Source: Patescibacteria group bacterium (GTDB taxonomy: Bacteria; Patescibacteriota; Minisyncoccia; UBA6257; GWB1-50-10). From it: a stretch of 64,000 nt of DNA. The first letter of the stretch is position 1. Each line of letters begins with the position of its first letter. The notes under the pieces were generated by a model. That model did no database searches. It saw only the letters and a program-made list of their open reading frames with translations, and was not told the origin of the DNA. The DNA lies in NCBI GenBank assembly GCA_040757555.1, contig JBFLWN010000001.1:53128-117127 (forward strand). The letters run 5' to 3'. The position numbers and the translations under genes were made by a program. Below, in pieces: positions 37,699 to 46,027 of the stretch.

Positions 37699-38898
37699 AT
37701 GAGTATTATCACTGACAAAAAAAGGGTGGAAGAAATTGTGGCTCGCGGGGTGATTGCGGAAGTGCTCCCCACGAAAGATGAATTTTTAAAACTTCTCCTC
37801 TCCGGAAAAAAACTCAAAATCTACATTGGGTTTGATCCAACTTCGAGCACACTTCATTTGAGTCACGCAAAAAATTTCATCCTTCTCGAGGAATTCAGGC
37901 AACTTGGACATGAAGTAATTGTGCTCTTTGGAGATTTTACAGCACAAATTGGTGATCCCACAGGAAGAAGTGATGCAAGACCACAACTCACTGAAGAAGA
38001 GGTAAAAAAGAACGTGAAGGATTGGATCGCTCAAATTAAGCCACTCATGAATTTCGATGATAAAAAGAATCCTCCACGGGTACTTTTTAACAGCGCGTGG
38101 CTTTCAAAACTTTCACTTAAGGATTTGATTCCGCTCGCATCACAATTCACGGTTCAACAAATGATTGAACGCGATATGTTCGAAAAAAGATGGAATAACG
38201 ATATTCCAATTCATTTGCATGAATTTTTGTACCCGCTTATGCAAGGGTATGACAGCGTTGCAATGGATGTTGACGTCGAATTGTGCGGCACCGATCAAAT
38301 ATTTAATGCGCTCGCAGGACGAACATTAATGAAGCGTCTGAAAAATAAAGAAAAGTTTGTAGTTGCGGTAAACCTTATGGCGAATCCAAAAACAGGGGAA
38401 CTTATGTCAAAAAGCAGGGGCACTGGAGTATTCCTCTCATCACCACCAAATGAGATGTTTGGCGCAGTAATGGCACAACCAGATGAAATGATTGAAGTTC
38501 TCTTTATAAATATCACAAGAATTCCACTTAATGACATCAAAGAGATTCTTAACACCGGACCAAAGGAGGCAAAAATGCACGTTGCGTTTGAAATTGTAAA
38601 AAAGTTTTACGGGGAAGAAAAAGCAACTCTCGCAAAAGACGAATGGATCTCCGTATTTTCAAAAAAAGAAGGTCCTCACAATGCGCCAGAATTAAAACTC
38701 AAGAAAAAAAACATTTCTATTCTCGATCTCTTGTTGGAAAGCGGTATAAAAAGTAAAAGCGAAGCACGACGTCTCGTCCTACAAAACGCAATATCTATAG
38801 ACAGTGAAGTGAAAAAAAATCCAGAAGAAATTATTTCACTAAAAGGAGGAGAAATATTAAAAGTAGGCAAAAAAACTTTTTTTAAGCTTTTAAAATAA
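37699..38898 (+). CDS. tyrS: Tyrosine-tRNA ligase
   Basis: GFDPT..LHLSH, YPLMQGYD, GTDQ, MSKS and S4 domain. Confidence 0.96.
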   Translation: MSIITDKKRVEEIVARGVIAEVLPTKDEFLKLLLSGKKLKIYIGFDPTSSTLHLSHAKNFILLEEFRQLGHEVIVLFGDFTAQIGDPTGRSDARPQLTEEEVKKNVKDWIAQIKPLMNFDDKKNPPRVLFNSAWLSKLSLKDLIPLASQFTVQQMIERDMFEKRWNNDIPIHLHEFLYPLMQGYDSVAMDVDVELCGTDQIFNALAGRTLMKRLKNKEKFVVAVNLMANPKTGELMSKSRGTGVFLSSPPNEMFGAVMAQPDEMIEVLFINITRIPLNDIKEILNTGPKEAKMHVAFEIVKKFYGEEKATLAKDEWISVFSKKEGPHNAPELKLKKKNISILDLLLESGIKSKSEARRLVLQNAISIDSEVKKNPEEIISLKGGEILKVGKKTFFKLLK

Positions 38899-38917
38899 TC
38901 CCCGCATTCAGCGGGGC

Positions 38918-39595
38918 TTATTTTATCACAGTCATTGTACCAGTTTCTCCCGCTCCCGCATGACCAGGAACTGAACAAGTAAATGTATACATCCCTGCTT
39001 TAGGAACTTTAAATTTCATGGTGCGCGTCTCATCGGGGCCAACTCCTATTGCTACCGCCATTAACACCTCACTATCAAAAGTAAGAATGTGGGTGCGTTT
39101 ATCTCCTGAGGTAAATGCAAGGGTAATTTCTTCCCCTTCCCTCACCGCAAAATACTGCGGAGTGAGTTTCCCATCTTTTGCAATAATTTGTGGAGTGCCT
39201 GTTGGAAGTGAAGATGGAGAAATTGGCGCCGATTGTTGTGGCGCATCAGGCGAACCAGCGGGCACATCAAGTCGCACATCGCGTTTTACAGGAGGAGGAG
39301 TCACCACCGGAGTCGGGGGAGGAGTTTGATTTACTTTGTTTTCCGTAGGTATAGTATTTTCTATTACAGGAACAGAAGAGGTTGGACCCTCTTTTGTTTT
39401 TTCATTTTCCAAATCAATATTTTTTGATGTTTCTGACTTTCCATCATTTAATACAATCTCTTCTGAAACTTTTGGAGTTTTATTTTTTCCTACCTGACCC
39501 AACGGAGCTAATCCAAATACACCAAAAAGAATAATAGCGAGAGCAATAAGTCCAACAAAGAAAATGGTGATGATAATACGTAATGTGTTTTCCAT
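38918..39595 (-). CDS. Membrane-anchored cupredoxin-domain protein
   Basis: H..CSVPGH copper-site motif after a Pro-rich linker. Confidence 0.8.
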   Translation of the reverse strand: MENTLRIIITIFFVGLIALAIILFGVFGLAPLGQVGKNKTPKVSEEIVLNDGKSETSKNIDLENEKTKEGPTSSVPVIENTIPTENKVNQTPPPTPVVTPPPVKRDVRLDVPAGSPDAPQQSAPISPSSLPTGTPQIIAKDGKLTPQYFAVREGEEITLAFTSGDKRTHILTFDSEVLMAVAIGVGPDETRTMKFKVPKAGMYTFTCSVPGHAGAGETGTMTVIK

Positions 39596-39658
39596 TTTTT
39601 ATTATTCAGAAAAAACTTCACTCACTTTATTTATTTTATCAAAAAAAATATCTTTTAC

Positions 39659-39732
39659 TGGTGCGGGCAAGGAGAATCGAACTCCTGTCTCAACCTTGGC
39701 AAGGTCGTGTTCTACCACTAAACCATGCCCGC
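39659..39732 (-). tRNA. tRNA-Gly (GCC)
   Basis: Cloverleaf with encoded CCA. Confidence 0.95.
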
Positions 39733-39769
39733 TCAATCGGTATTCGTTGAAATTTTCAATTCGTAATTC

Positions 39770-39940
39770 CTAATTTTTAACAGCGGGAGAGGGAATGGTC
39801 GGTCCTTTTGTGTAGGGATCCCCGACAGGACCCTTGAATTGCACAGGCGCCTCAGCACGATCATTGATAAAAACAAACATAATCACCCCAACCAAAAGAA
39901 GGATAAAAACCAACAAAATAAGCTTGTTTCTTTTCTCCAT
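39770..39940 (-). CDS. Small membrane-anchored hypothetical protein
   Basis: Basic N-terminus + TM + FKGPxGxP. Confidence 0.5.
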   Translation of the reverse strand: MEKRNKLILLVFILLLVGVIMFVFINDRAEAPVQFKGPVGDPYTKGPTIPSPAVKN

Positions 39941-39995
39941 TCTCTTAATTCTATTGTAATAAAAAATATGGAATAAATCCATATTTTTTATTCTG

Positions 39996-40067
39996 TGCCC
40001 TCGAGAGGAGTCGAACCTCTGTTACGAGATCCGCAATCTCGCGTCCTATCCATTGAACGACGAGGGC
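39996..40067 (-). tRNA. tRNA-Arg (GCG)
   Basis: Anticodon arm CGAGA-TTGCGGA-TCTCG. Confidence 0.92.
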
Positions 40068-40136
40068 GTCGTCTCTCTTTCTTCAAAATGATAATACTAC
40101 ATTATTAAATACTTACAAGAAAAAACTAATAAACTG

Positions 40137-40637
40137 TTAAAACCCAATATAATCAAAAATAATATCAATAATTGATTCATCGTGCTCCTCTTCGGGAAGT
40201 TTTTCCAAAAGAATTTCTCGTGCTCTCTTCGCGAGTTCTGAGTCAATTGGGATATGAATGGTAGGATTAATCATTGATTTCTTTCTCACTATAATTTCAT
40301 CCAGATATCCTTCGCGTGAACGCATTGCGAAACTTTCAATTTGATCATATTCAAGTGCAACCACTTTTCCGATATATACTCCCTTATCTGAAATAGTGAA
40401 TTCAAATATCTGAGGGCGACGACGTGCAAACATAATAATCAATGCCCCCGCAATGAGTGAAAACGCTCCAAAGAAAAAATTTCCCTTCAAAAAAGAAAAA
40501 ATAGAAATTCCACCCGCTATCACTACAACCCACACAAACCATTTTGTGGATTTCTCAGAATGACTATATTCTGCAGCTTTCCATGTTATACTTGTCCCCG
40601 TCTCTCCTTTTTCTTCAATTTCTTTTTTCTTTTCCAT
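40137..40637 (-). CDS. Conserved hypothetical membrane protein
   Basis: WxAxEY..KSxxW, two TM helices and a PH-like tail. Confidence 0.7.
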   Translation of the reverse strand: MEKKKEIEEKGETGTSITWKAAEYSHSEKSTKWFVWVVVIAGGISIFSFLKGNFFFGAFSLIAGALIIMFARRRPQIFEFTISDKGVYIGKVVALEYDQIESFAMRSREGYLDEIIVRKKSMINPTIHIPIDSELAKRAREILLEKLPEEEHDESIIDIIFDYIGF

Positions 40638-40717
40638 TGTTTAAGTATAAATGTTTTTAACAACAATCCCAAATTTATCCGCTTATGACGGAGGGAATCC
40701 TCTTCCCCTATTCACAA

Positions 40718-40893
40718 CTAGGGGGAATCGCCCGCGACTCAAAATGTTTCCGTCGAAACATTTTGGCCCGGGCACCGCCTCGCGTACTCGTCTACTGACT
40801 CACATACACTCCGGCGTTCGATTCACCACGCGAAACAAGCAGTTGTTTCGCTTTGGGACAAAATAAAAAACCTGGTAGGTTTTTTATTCTTTG
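40718..40893 (-). repeat. tRNA-Glu 3'-anchored structured element (family A)
   Basis: Core gcgaaacaactgcttgtttcgc..atcgaacgccggag..cgcgaggcggtg..gacg hairpin..agtcgcgggcgattcccc. Confidence 0.8.
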
Positions 40894-40965
40894 TAGTCCC
40901 AAGGGGAATCGAACCCCTATTTCCGCCGTGAAAGGGCGATGTCCTAACCGTTAGACGATGGGACC
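40894..40965 (-). tRNA. tRNA-Glu (TTC)
   Basis: Cloverleaf GGTCCCATCGTCTAACGGTTAGGAC..CTTTCAC. Confidence 0.95.
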
Positions 40966-41037
40966 AGACACAAACAAAGTGTATCCTGACTTATTTATAA
41001 AATCAATTTTTTGACGCATCTGCAAAAATTGTAAGTG

Positions 41038-41122
41038 CGGAAGGTGGAGGATTCGAACCTCCGATGCCTTGCGGCATACCGCATTTCAAGTGCGGCGCAT
41101 TCGACCACTCTGCCAACCTTCC
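41038..41122 (-). tRNA. tRNA-Ser (TGA)
   Basis: Long variable arm, anticodon loop CTTGAAA. Confidence 0.95.
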
Positions 41123-41163
41123 AGTGTCAAAAATAGTGTACCCTAGGATATCTATTTGGTAAA

Positions 41164-41267
41164 TCCCGTTAGAAGTTCATTTGGTGCACTAAGCCCACTT
41201 GTTTACTAAAAGATCCATCATTATTCATTCTTAATTTGGAATATTAGGCGTGCTACTTTTAACGGGA
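41164..41267. mobile_element. MITE-like element, copy 3
   Basis: Termini tcccgttagaagt / acttttaacggga. Confidence 0.55.
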
Positions 41268-41416
41268 TAAATCCCCTGGAAAATAGCCAAAAATAGGGCC
41301 TTGACAGGGGTATTGACTTATTCTGTGTAACATGCTAGAATATATTCAGAATTAGGTAATAAAAAATTATTTACTAATTGATAACAATAAATAAAAAAAA
41401 TCCTCAGGAGGATCCA

Positions 41417-42142
41417 ATGACTACCGATCAAAAAACCCGTTTAGGCATCTTAATAGTGCTAGTATTAATTCTTGCTGTTTCATTATTAAACTGGTTTAAA
41501 GCACCAACAGCTGACGACATGACTAATTCAGTTAATGTCGGAGCTGTAAAAATTGATAGTTCCCTGAATGCTTTGGGAAAAAAAGTTGATGTAACAAACG
41601 AAACACTTAAAACCACAAATAGTACGCTTGGTGATATCAGTGGGTACACAAGTGACATCGCGGAAAATGCAGGAAACATCGCAAACAATACTTATTACAG
41701 CTCTCTTGAATCGAGACGTGCAGAAAAAGCCCGTGAAGATTCTGTTGTCAAAACAAAAAAATTAGAAAAAGCGCAGAAAGCAGTAGAAGATGCGCAGAAA
41801 GAACTGGAAGCCGTAAAAAATCCAAACAAACCAGTGGTTGTTGCACCATCATCAAATAATCCAAATGGAGATCTATTAAGTTCCATTGGGACAATGATTG
41901 ATGGTAAATTGAAACCGATATCTGATCGCCTTGGAAATCTTGAAACTGGGCAAAAAACAATGGAAACCCGGATGACTAGTTTGGAAACCCGGATGACAAC
42001 AATCGAAACGGATGTCAATAAAATGACATCTCTTTCAGATATTAATGCGCGCATTTCTCTTGGGGAGGAAGGATATCTCAAAATGAAAAAGAAACAAATG
42101 CGGGAACAGAAGGACTGCGACGACTTGTCGGGAAATAAATAA
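41417..42142 (+). CDS. Membrane-anchored coiled-coil hypothetical protein
   Basis: ttgact-17-tagaat promoter, AGGAGG SD, TM segment, heptad repeats. Confidence 0.75.
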   Translation: MTTDQKTRLGILIVLVLILAVSLLNWFKAPTADDMTNSVNVGAVKIDSSLNALGKKVDVTNETLKTTNSTLGDISGYTSDIAENAGNIANNTYYSSLESRRAEKAREDSVVKTKKLEKAQKAVEDAQKELEAVKNPNKPVVVAPSSNNPNGDLLSSIGTMIDGKLKPISDRLGNLETGQKTMETRMTSLETRMTTIETDVNKMTSLSDINARISLGEEGYLKMKKKQMREQKDCDDLSGNK

Positions 42143-42197
42143 CGAATTTTTATAATAATTAAGAGCGAAGGAAAAACCTTCGCTCTTAAACTTTTTG

Positions 42198-42270
42198 TGG
42201 ACCGTGCGGGATTTGAACCCGCTACCTTTCGCATGCCATGCGAACGCTCTACCAATTGAGCTAACGGCCC
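42198..42270 (-). tRNA. tRNA-Ala (GGC)
   Basis: G3:U70 pair, anticodon loop ATGGCAT. Confidence 0.95.
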
Positions 42271-42947
42271 ATTGTAATTACTTTTATACTTCCTAATAGA
42301 TCATTTAACACTTCTGCGGAGAAATAATCAATTCGGCACACTCCTTTATAGTCAGGTTTTTTTGATATAATTCCTCTTGTTCTCGGATCAATGCGCGCTA
42401 AATAAAATTGTTTGCGTGGAATTTTTGTTACCCCAACCCAAAAATTTTCCAGAGTATTTATATCTTGCCCAACCCTACATTGCACCGTACATCGAAACTT
42501 AGTCTCATCAATAACATAATTTTTCCTCAATAGTTCCAAAAATAATGAAATTATCTTTGGATCTGAATTTCCAAATACTATCGAACCACGATTTGGATTT
42601 TTTGATCCTTCCCCCAGGTAGAGTGTTGTAAGAACAATTTTTGCGATGTTTTTATTGTCCAACAGATGAAAGAGATTTTTATTTTTCTCGAAGAAAAAAA
42701 CATTTTTTTCATTTTTTATTCTTTTTTTCTTTTCTTGTGCTGCAATTCTCGCTTTTTTTAAGGAATTTTCCTTTGTTTTTTTAAGTATTCCCGCAATTAT
42801 GGGATTTTTTTCAAGTCCATGAAACCAAAACGAAAATGTAGATTTTGGGATATGTATTTTTAGTAGGGACTCTATTTCGATATATGTCTTCCCCTGTTTC
42901 CGTAATTCAATCGCTTTTTCTTTCACAATCCTTTGATATGTGCGCAT
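42261..42947 (-). CDS. HTH + LAGLIDADG-like protein overlapping the tRNA-Ala 5' end
   Basis: AIELRKQGKTY..KSTFSFW HTH and LYLGEGSK..FGNSDP motif. Confidence 0.65.
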   Translation of the reverse strand: MRTYQRIVKEKAIELRKQGKTYIEIESLLKIHIPKSTFSFWFHGLEKNPIIAGILKKTKENSLKKARIAAQEKKKRIKNEKNVFFFEKNKNLFHLLDNKNIAKIVLTTLYLGEGSKNPNRGSIVFGNSDPKIISLFLELLRKNYVIDETKFRCTVQCRVGQDINTLENFWVGVTKIPRKQFYLARIDPRTRGIISKKPDYKGVCRIDYFSAEVLNDLLGSIKVITMGR

Positions 42948-43003
42948 ATGTGTATTGTACCATAGAATACTTCAACGTACACACTCTAAAAAAAAAAATC
43001 AAA

Positions 43004-43303
43004 CTAACAACTCTTTGATATCTCTATTATTTTTTCAAAATTATCTTCTTCTCTCGTTTTATTTTTTCTTTTAAATCCACATCGTTCACATTTCTGGGTG
43101 AGAATCCATTCATCTCCTTTTTTCTCAACGCTTATTGGCTCCATCATTCCTTTACACGTTTCCAATCGGTCTCCTGGATTTTTATCAACATGTTTACTCC
43201 ACAAACAACGCGGACAATGATTGGTATATCCATCCCCCGACACATTCATTCCGCATTTCTCACATACAAAATTTTCTTCGTTTCTCTGAAATTTCTTTTC
43301 CAT
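43004..43303 (-). CDS. RNHCP-domain zinc-binding protein
   Basis: CEKCG..TNHCPRCLWSKHVD..PGDR. Confidence 0.85.
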   Translation of the reverse strand: MEKKFQRNEENFVCEKCGMNVSGDGYTNHCPRCLWSKHVDKNPGDRLETCKGMMEPISVEKKGDEWILTQKCERCGFKRKNKTREEDNFEKIIEISKSC

Positions 43304-43307
43304 TCTG

Positions 43308-43381
43308 TGCGCGATAGAGGACTCGAACCTCTGGCCTTCACAATGTCAATGTGACGCTCTAACCAGCTGAGCTAATCGCGC
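43308..43381 (-). tRNA. tRNA-Val (GAC)
   Basis: Cloverleaf, anticodon loop TTGACAT. Confidence 0.95.
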
Positions 43382-43698
43382 GTATTTTTTTCCTTGCGCT
43401 CTTCTTTCATTTTTTTCAAAGCATCGGAAATTTTTTCATTGGGATATTTTATACTCGCTTCCACTACATCAGAAAAATTTTCTTCTACCCCATTTACTGG
43501 AATTTTGTCGCCAACTTTCGTAAATCCCATTCCCACCTTTCCCCGTTCTGGATCGTTTCGTCTCACCATGAGTGTGTCTGTCGTTTCCTCTACGGTAAAA
43601 CTATAAGGAATCTCACTCTTTACTCGCTCAAGCATCTTTGTGAGTCTTTTATCTTCCGCATCGGAGATTTTATTGTACTCAAATTTAGCTCGTTCCAC
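43372..43698 (-). CDS. Hypothetical protein
   Basis: 108-aa ORF whose stop overlaps the tRNA-Val 5' end. Confidence 0.5.
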   Translation of the reverse strand: MERAKFEYNKISDAEDKRLTKMLERVKSEIPYSFTVEETTDTLMVRRNDPERGKVGMGFTKVGDKIPVNGVEENFSDVVEASIKYPNEKISDALKKMKEERKEKNTRD

Positions 43699-43785
43699 GG
43701 ACTAAGAATAGCAGATAAAAAAGGATTTCCGCAAGCGAAAAGGTTGCGATAGTCATTTATTTTTGCAATGATAAACAAGGTATTT

Positions 43786-43857
43786 GCCCCCGTAGTTCAA
43801 TGGATAGAACAGGTCCGTCCTAAGGACAAAATGGGAGTTCGATTCTCTCTGGGGGCA
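43786..43857 (+). tRNA. tRNA-Arg (CCT)
   Basis: GCCCCCGTAGTTCAATGGATAGAAC..TCCTAA..GTTCGATTC. Confidence 0.9.
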
Positions 43858-43945
43858 CATACGAAAAATATTTTCGTAGGGAGGGGTGGCTGACCACCGC
43901 CCTTGGCGGGGCCCCGCTTTTTAAGCGGCGGGTGGTCGGAATAAA

Positions 43946-44191
43946 ATGTATTACACATATATTTTAAAAAGTGAAAAGACTGGGAAACATTATGTCGGTT
44001 CCTGTGAAAATATCGAATCGAGACTGAAACGACATACCTCGGGAAGAAATAAATCTACTAAAGCAGGAATTCCATGGAAACTTATTTATTTCGAGGCATT
44101 CTTAACGAAACAGGATTCATATAGACGCGAATTTCAAATAAAAAGTTTTAAGGGTGGTGAAGCATTTAAAAAGTTGATAATATCTAACTAA
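43946..44191 (+). CDS. Small GIY-YIG nuclease
   Basis: YTYILKS..HYVGS..RLKRH..RE..IK. Confidence 0.9.
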   Translation: MYYTYILKSEKTGKHYVGSCENIESRLKRHTSGRNKSTKAGIPWKLIYFEAFLTKQDSYRREFQIKSFKGGEAFKKLIISN

Positions 44192-44196
44192 TATAT

Positions 44197-44283
44197 GGAG
44201 GGGTGGCTGAGTGGTCGAAGGCACACGACTCGAAATCGTGCAGGGATGAAAGTCCCTCGAGAGTTCAAATCTCTCCCCCTCCG
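44197..44283 (+). tRNA. tRNA-Ser (CGA)
   Basis: Long variable arm, anticodon loop CTCGAAA. Confidence 0.95.
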
Positions 44284-44450
44284 CAAAACAACAACGCTTT
44301 TGGCGTTGTATTGTTTTATAGAGTGGATAAGAGATTTGAAGGGTATTTGAAAAAGGCAAACTGCTTTGCGTTTTTCAAAACCAAGACCTTGACACCAAAC
44401 CCCGTTCTGGTGTTTAGTGTATGTAGAACTATTTATATAAGAGGTGGCAC

Positions 44451-45179
44451 GTGGAAAAAAATGAAAAATATTTTGTATGGAGTTTTATATTCGAATCCGA
44501 TCTCATTGAACAAATTCCTAACAACCGACAACAACTTCGCGATGATATCATTGCCGAGAAACAAGATGGACACGTTGGCGCTATTCTCTTCGCTCGCTCT
44601 AAGGCAGACAAACAAGAGATGATTGATGAGGATTTTATAAAAACCATCCAGAAACTGATTTGTGCCGAACAACACCTGAAGGGCGCAAAGAAAATGAAAG
44701 ATGAAACAATTGGAAAATATCGTGAAGGAAATGTATCCGTGGTTTCAAAATATCCTGTATTTACAACCGGAGGAATTACATGGGTTAAAAAAATTTTGAA
44801 AAAAGGACCAGATCCAAGGCTTGTCCCCAAATTGATGGAAGAATGGGTAGAAAGTGTTCTGGAGTGGGAGAAAAATTTCAAATCATTTTCACCGGAAGAA
44901 AACGTGAAAAGAATTGCGGATTTCCATTTTGATTTTGAAGATATTCATCCATTTGCTGATGGCAACGGAAGAACCGGGAGAATACTTACCTACTACATGC
45001 TCCGCTACGCAAAACTCAATCAATTTATCTTTTGGGAATGCACAAAATCATACGATTATTATCCGGCATTCAAAGATAAAAAATTAATGCAAGAATATTT
45101 TCGAATTCACATATTTGAATCAAGAAAAATAGCTGGAAGAGTTGAATCGCTCACTGAAGATGAAATTGTCATATTTTAA
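44451..45179 (+). CDS. Fic family protein
   Basis: Canonical HPFADGNGRTGR motif. Confidence 0.92.
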   Translation: MEKNEKYFVWSFIFESDLIEQIPNNRQQLRDDIIAEKQDGHVGAILFARSKADKQEMIDEDFIKTIQKLICAEQHLKGAKKMKDETIGKYREGNVSVVSKYPVFTTGGITWVKKILKKGPDPRLVPKLMEEWVESVLEWEKNFKSFSPEENVKRIADFHFDFEDIHPFADGNGRTGRILTYYMLRYAKLNQFIFWECTKSYDYYPAFKDKKLMQEYFRIHIFESRKIAGRVESLTEDEIVIF

Positions 45180-45210
45180 TACAGAAAATCCGCTTAAAAG
45201 CGGATTTTTA

Positions 45211-45396
45211 TTTGTGCCCGGGGTCGGACTCAAACAAAATTTCATAAACGAAATTTTTTGAAACCTTGCGGTTCCAATACCTCCACCACGGGGAAACTCC
45301 TGTTTCCCCGACCCCTTTTCCGTTCAGGGCCGGCTAAAATAAAAAACAATTGCATTAAATACAATTGTTTTTCTGTTTGTGCCCGGGGTCGGACTC
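45211..45396 (-). repeat. tRNA-Leu 3'-anchored structured element (family B) bounded by 21-bp direct repeats
   Basis: tttgtgcccggggtcggactc at 45211 and 45376; core tgaacggaaaaggggtcggggaaacaggagtttccccgtggtggag. Confidence 0.8.
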
Positions 45397-45462
45397 GAAC
45401 CGACACGTCCTTGCGGACAACAGATCTTAAGTCTGTCGTGGCTGCCATTACACCACCCGGGC
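45380..45462 (-). tRNA. tRNA-Leu (TAA)
   Basis: Long variable arm, anticodon loop CTTAAGA. Confidence 0.95.
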
Positions 45463-45548
45463 GTTTTTTAATTCTTTTATATTCTGTTTCAATTTTGAAT
45501 AAAAAACAAGCGCCTTCATTCAACGAAAGCGCTTCTCATAGACAAGCG

Positions 45549-45621
45549 AGGTGTGGGCTGGATTCGAACCAGCGCATGACGGTTTTGCAGACCGCCGCGT
45601 TCACCACTTCACCACCACACC
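45549..45621 (-). tRNA. tRNA-Cys (GCA), copy A
   Basis: Anticodon loop CTGCAAA, U73. Confidence 0.88.
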
Positions 45622-45640
45622 AAATATGTAAAAGAGCTTT

Positions 45641-45715
45641 TGGAGGCCTGAGTGGGAATCGAACCCACGTATAAGAGTTTTGCAGACTCTTGCCTTACCA
45701 CTTGGCTATCAGGCC
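45641..45715 (-). tRNA. tRNA-Cys (GCA), copy B
   Basis: Anticodon loop CTGCAAA, U73, encoded CCA. Confidence 0.93.
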
Positions 45716-46021
45716 TTATTCTTCATTCTCGCGCTTATGCGTATCAATTTCAAATTTCAAATGGGGCACCGCGCGAATTCTCATCTTCTTCAATAACTGG
45801 TGTTCCAATTGTTTCTTTTTCGAATCAATTGCAAAAAACGCCTCTAATTCTTTTTCATAAGGAATTATAGAAAGCATTACTTTCGCTTGCAAGAGATCTT
45901 CGGAAACCTCAACCGATGTGATAGTCACGAGTGCGTTATCAACTTCGCAGTCTTCAAGAATCATTTGCGAAAGTTCCTGCTCAATGAGACTCCCCATTTT
46001 AAGGTTACGGTATGGGCGCAT
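45716..46021 (-). CDS. rbfA: Ribosome-binding factor A
   Basis: VTITSVEVSEDL..A and R.VPHLKF.D; downstream of infB. Confidence 0.9.
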   Translation of the reverse strand: MRPYRNLKMGSLIEQELSQMILEDCEVDNALVTITSVEVSEDLLQAKVMLSIIPYEKELEAFFAIDSKKKQLEHQLLKKMRIRAVPHLKFEIDTHKRENEE

Positions 46022-46027
46022 ATAAAT

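Noticed and set aside
41038-41122. Selenocysteine or opal-suppressor tRNA
   Set aside because: The anticodon reads TGA (decoding UCA, Ser), not TCA, and TGA is used as a stop codon here (for example ligA and leuS).
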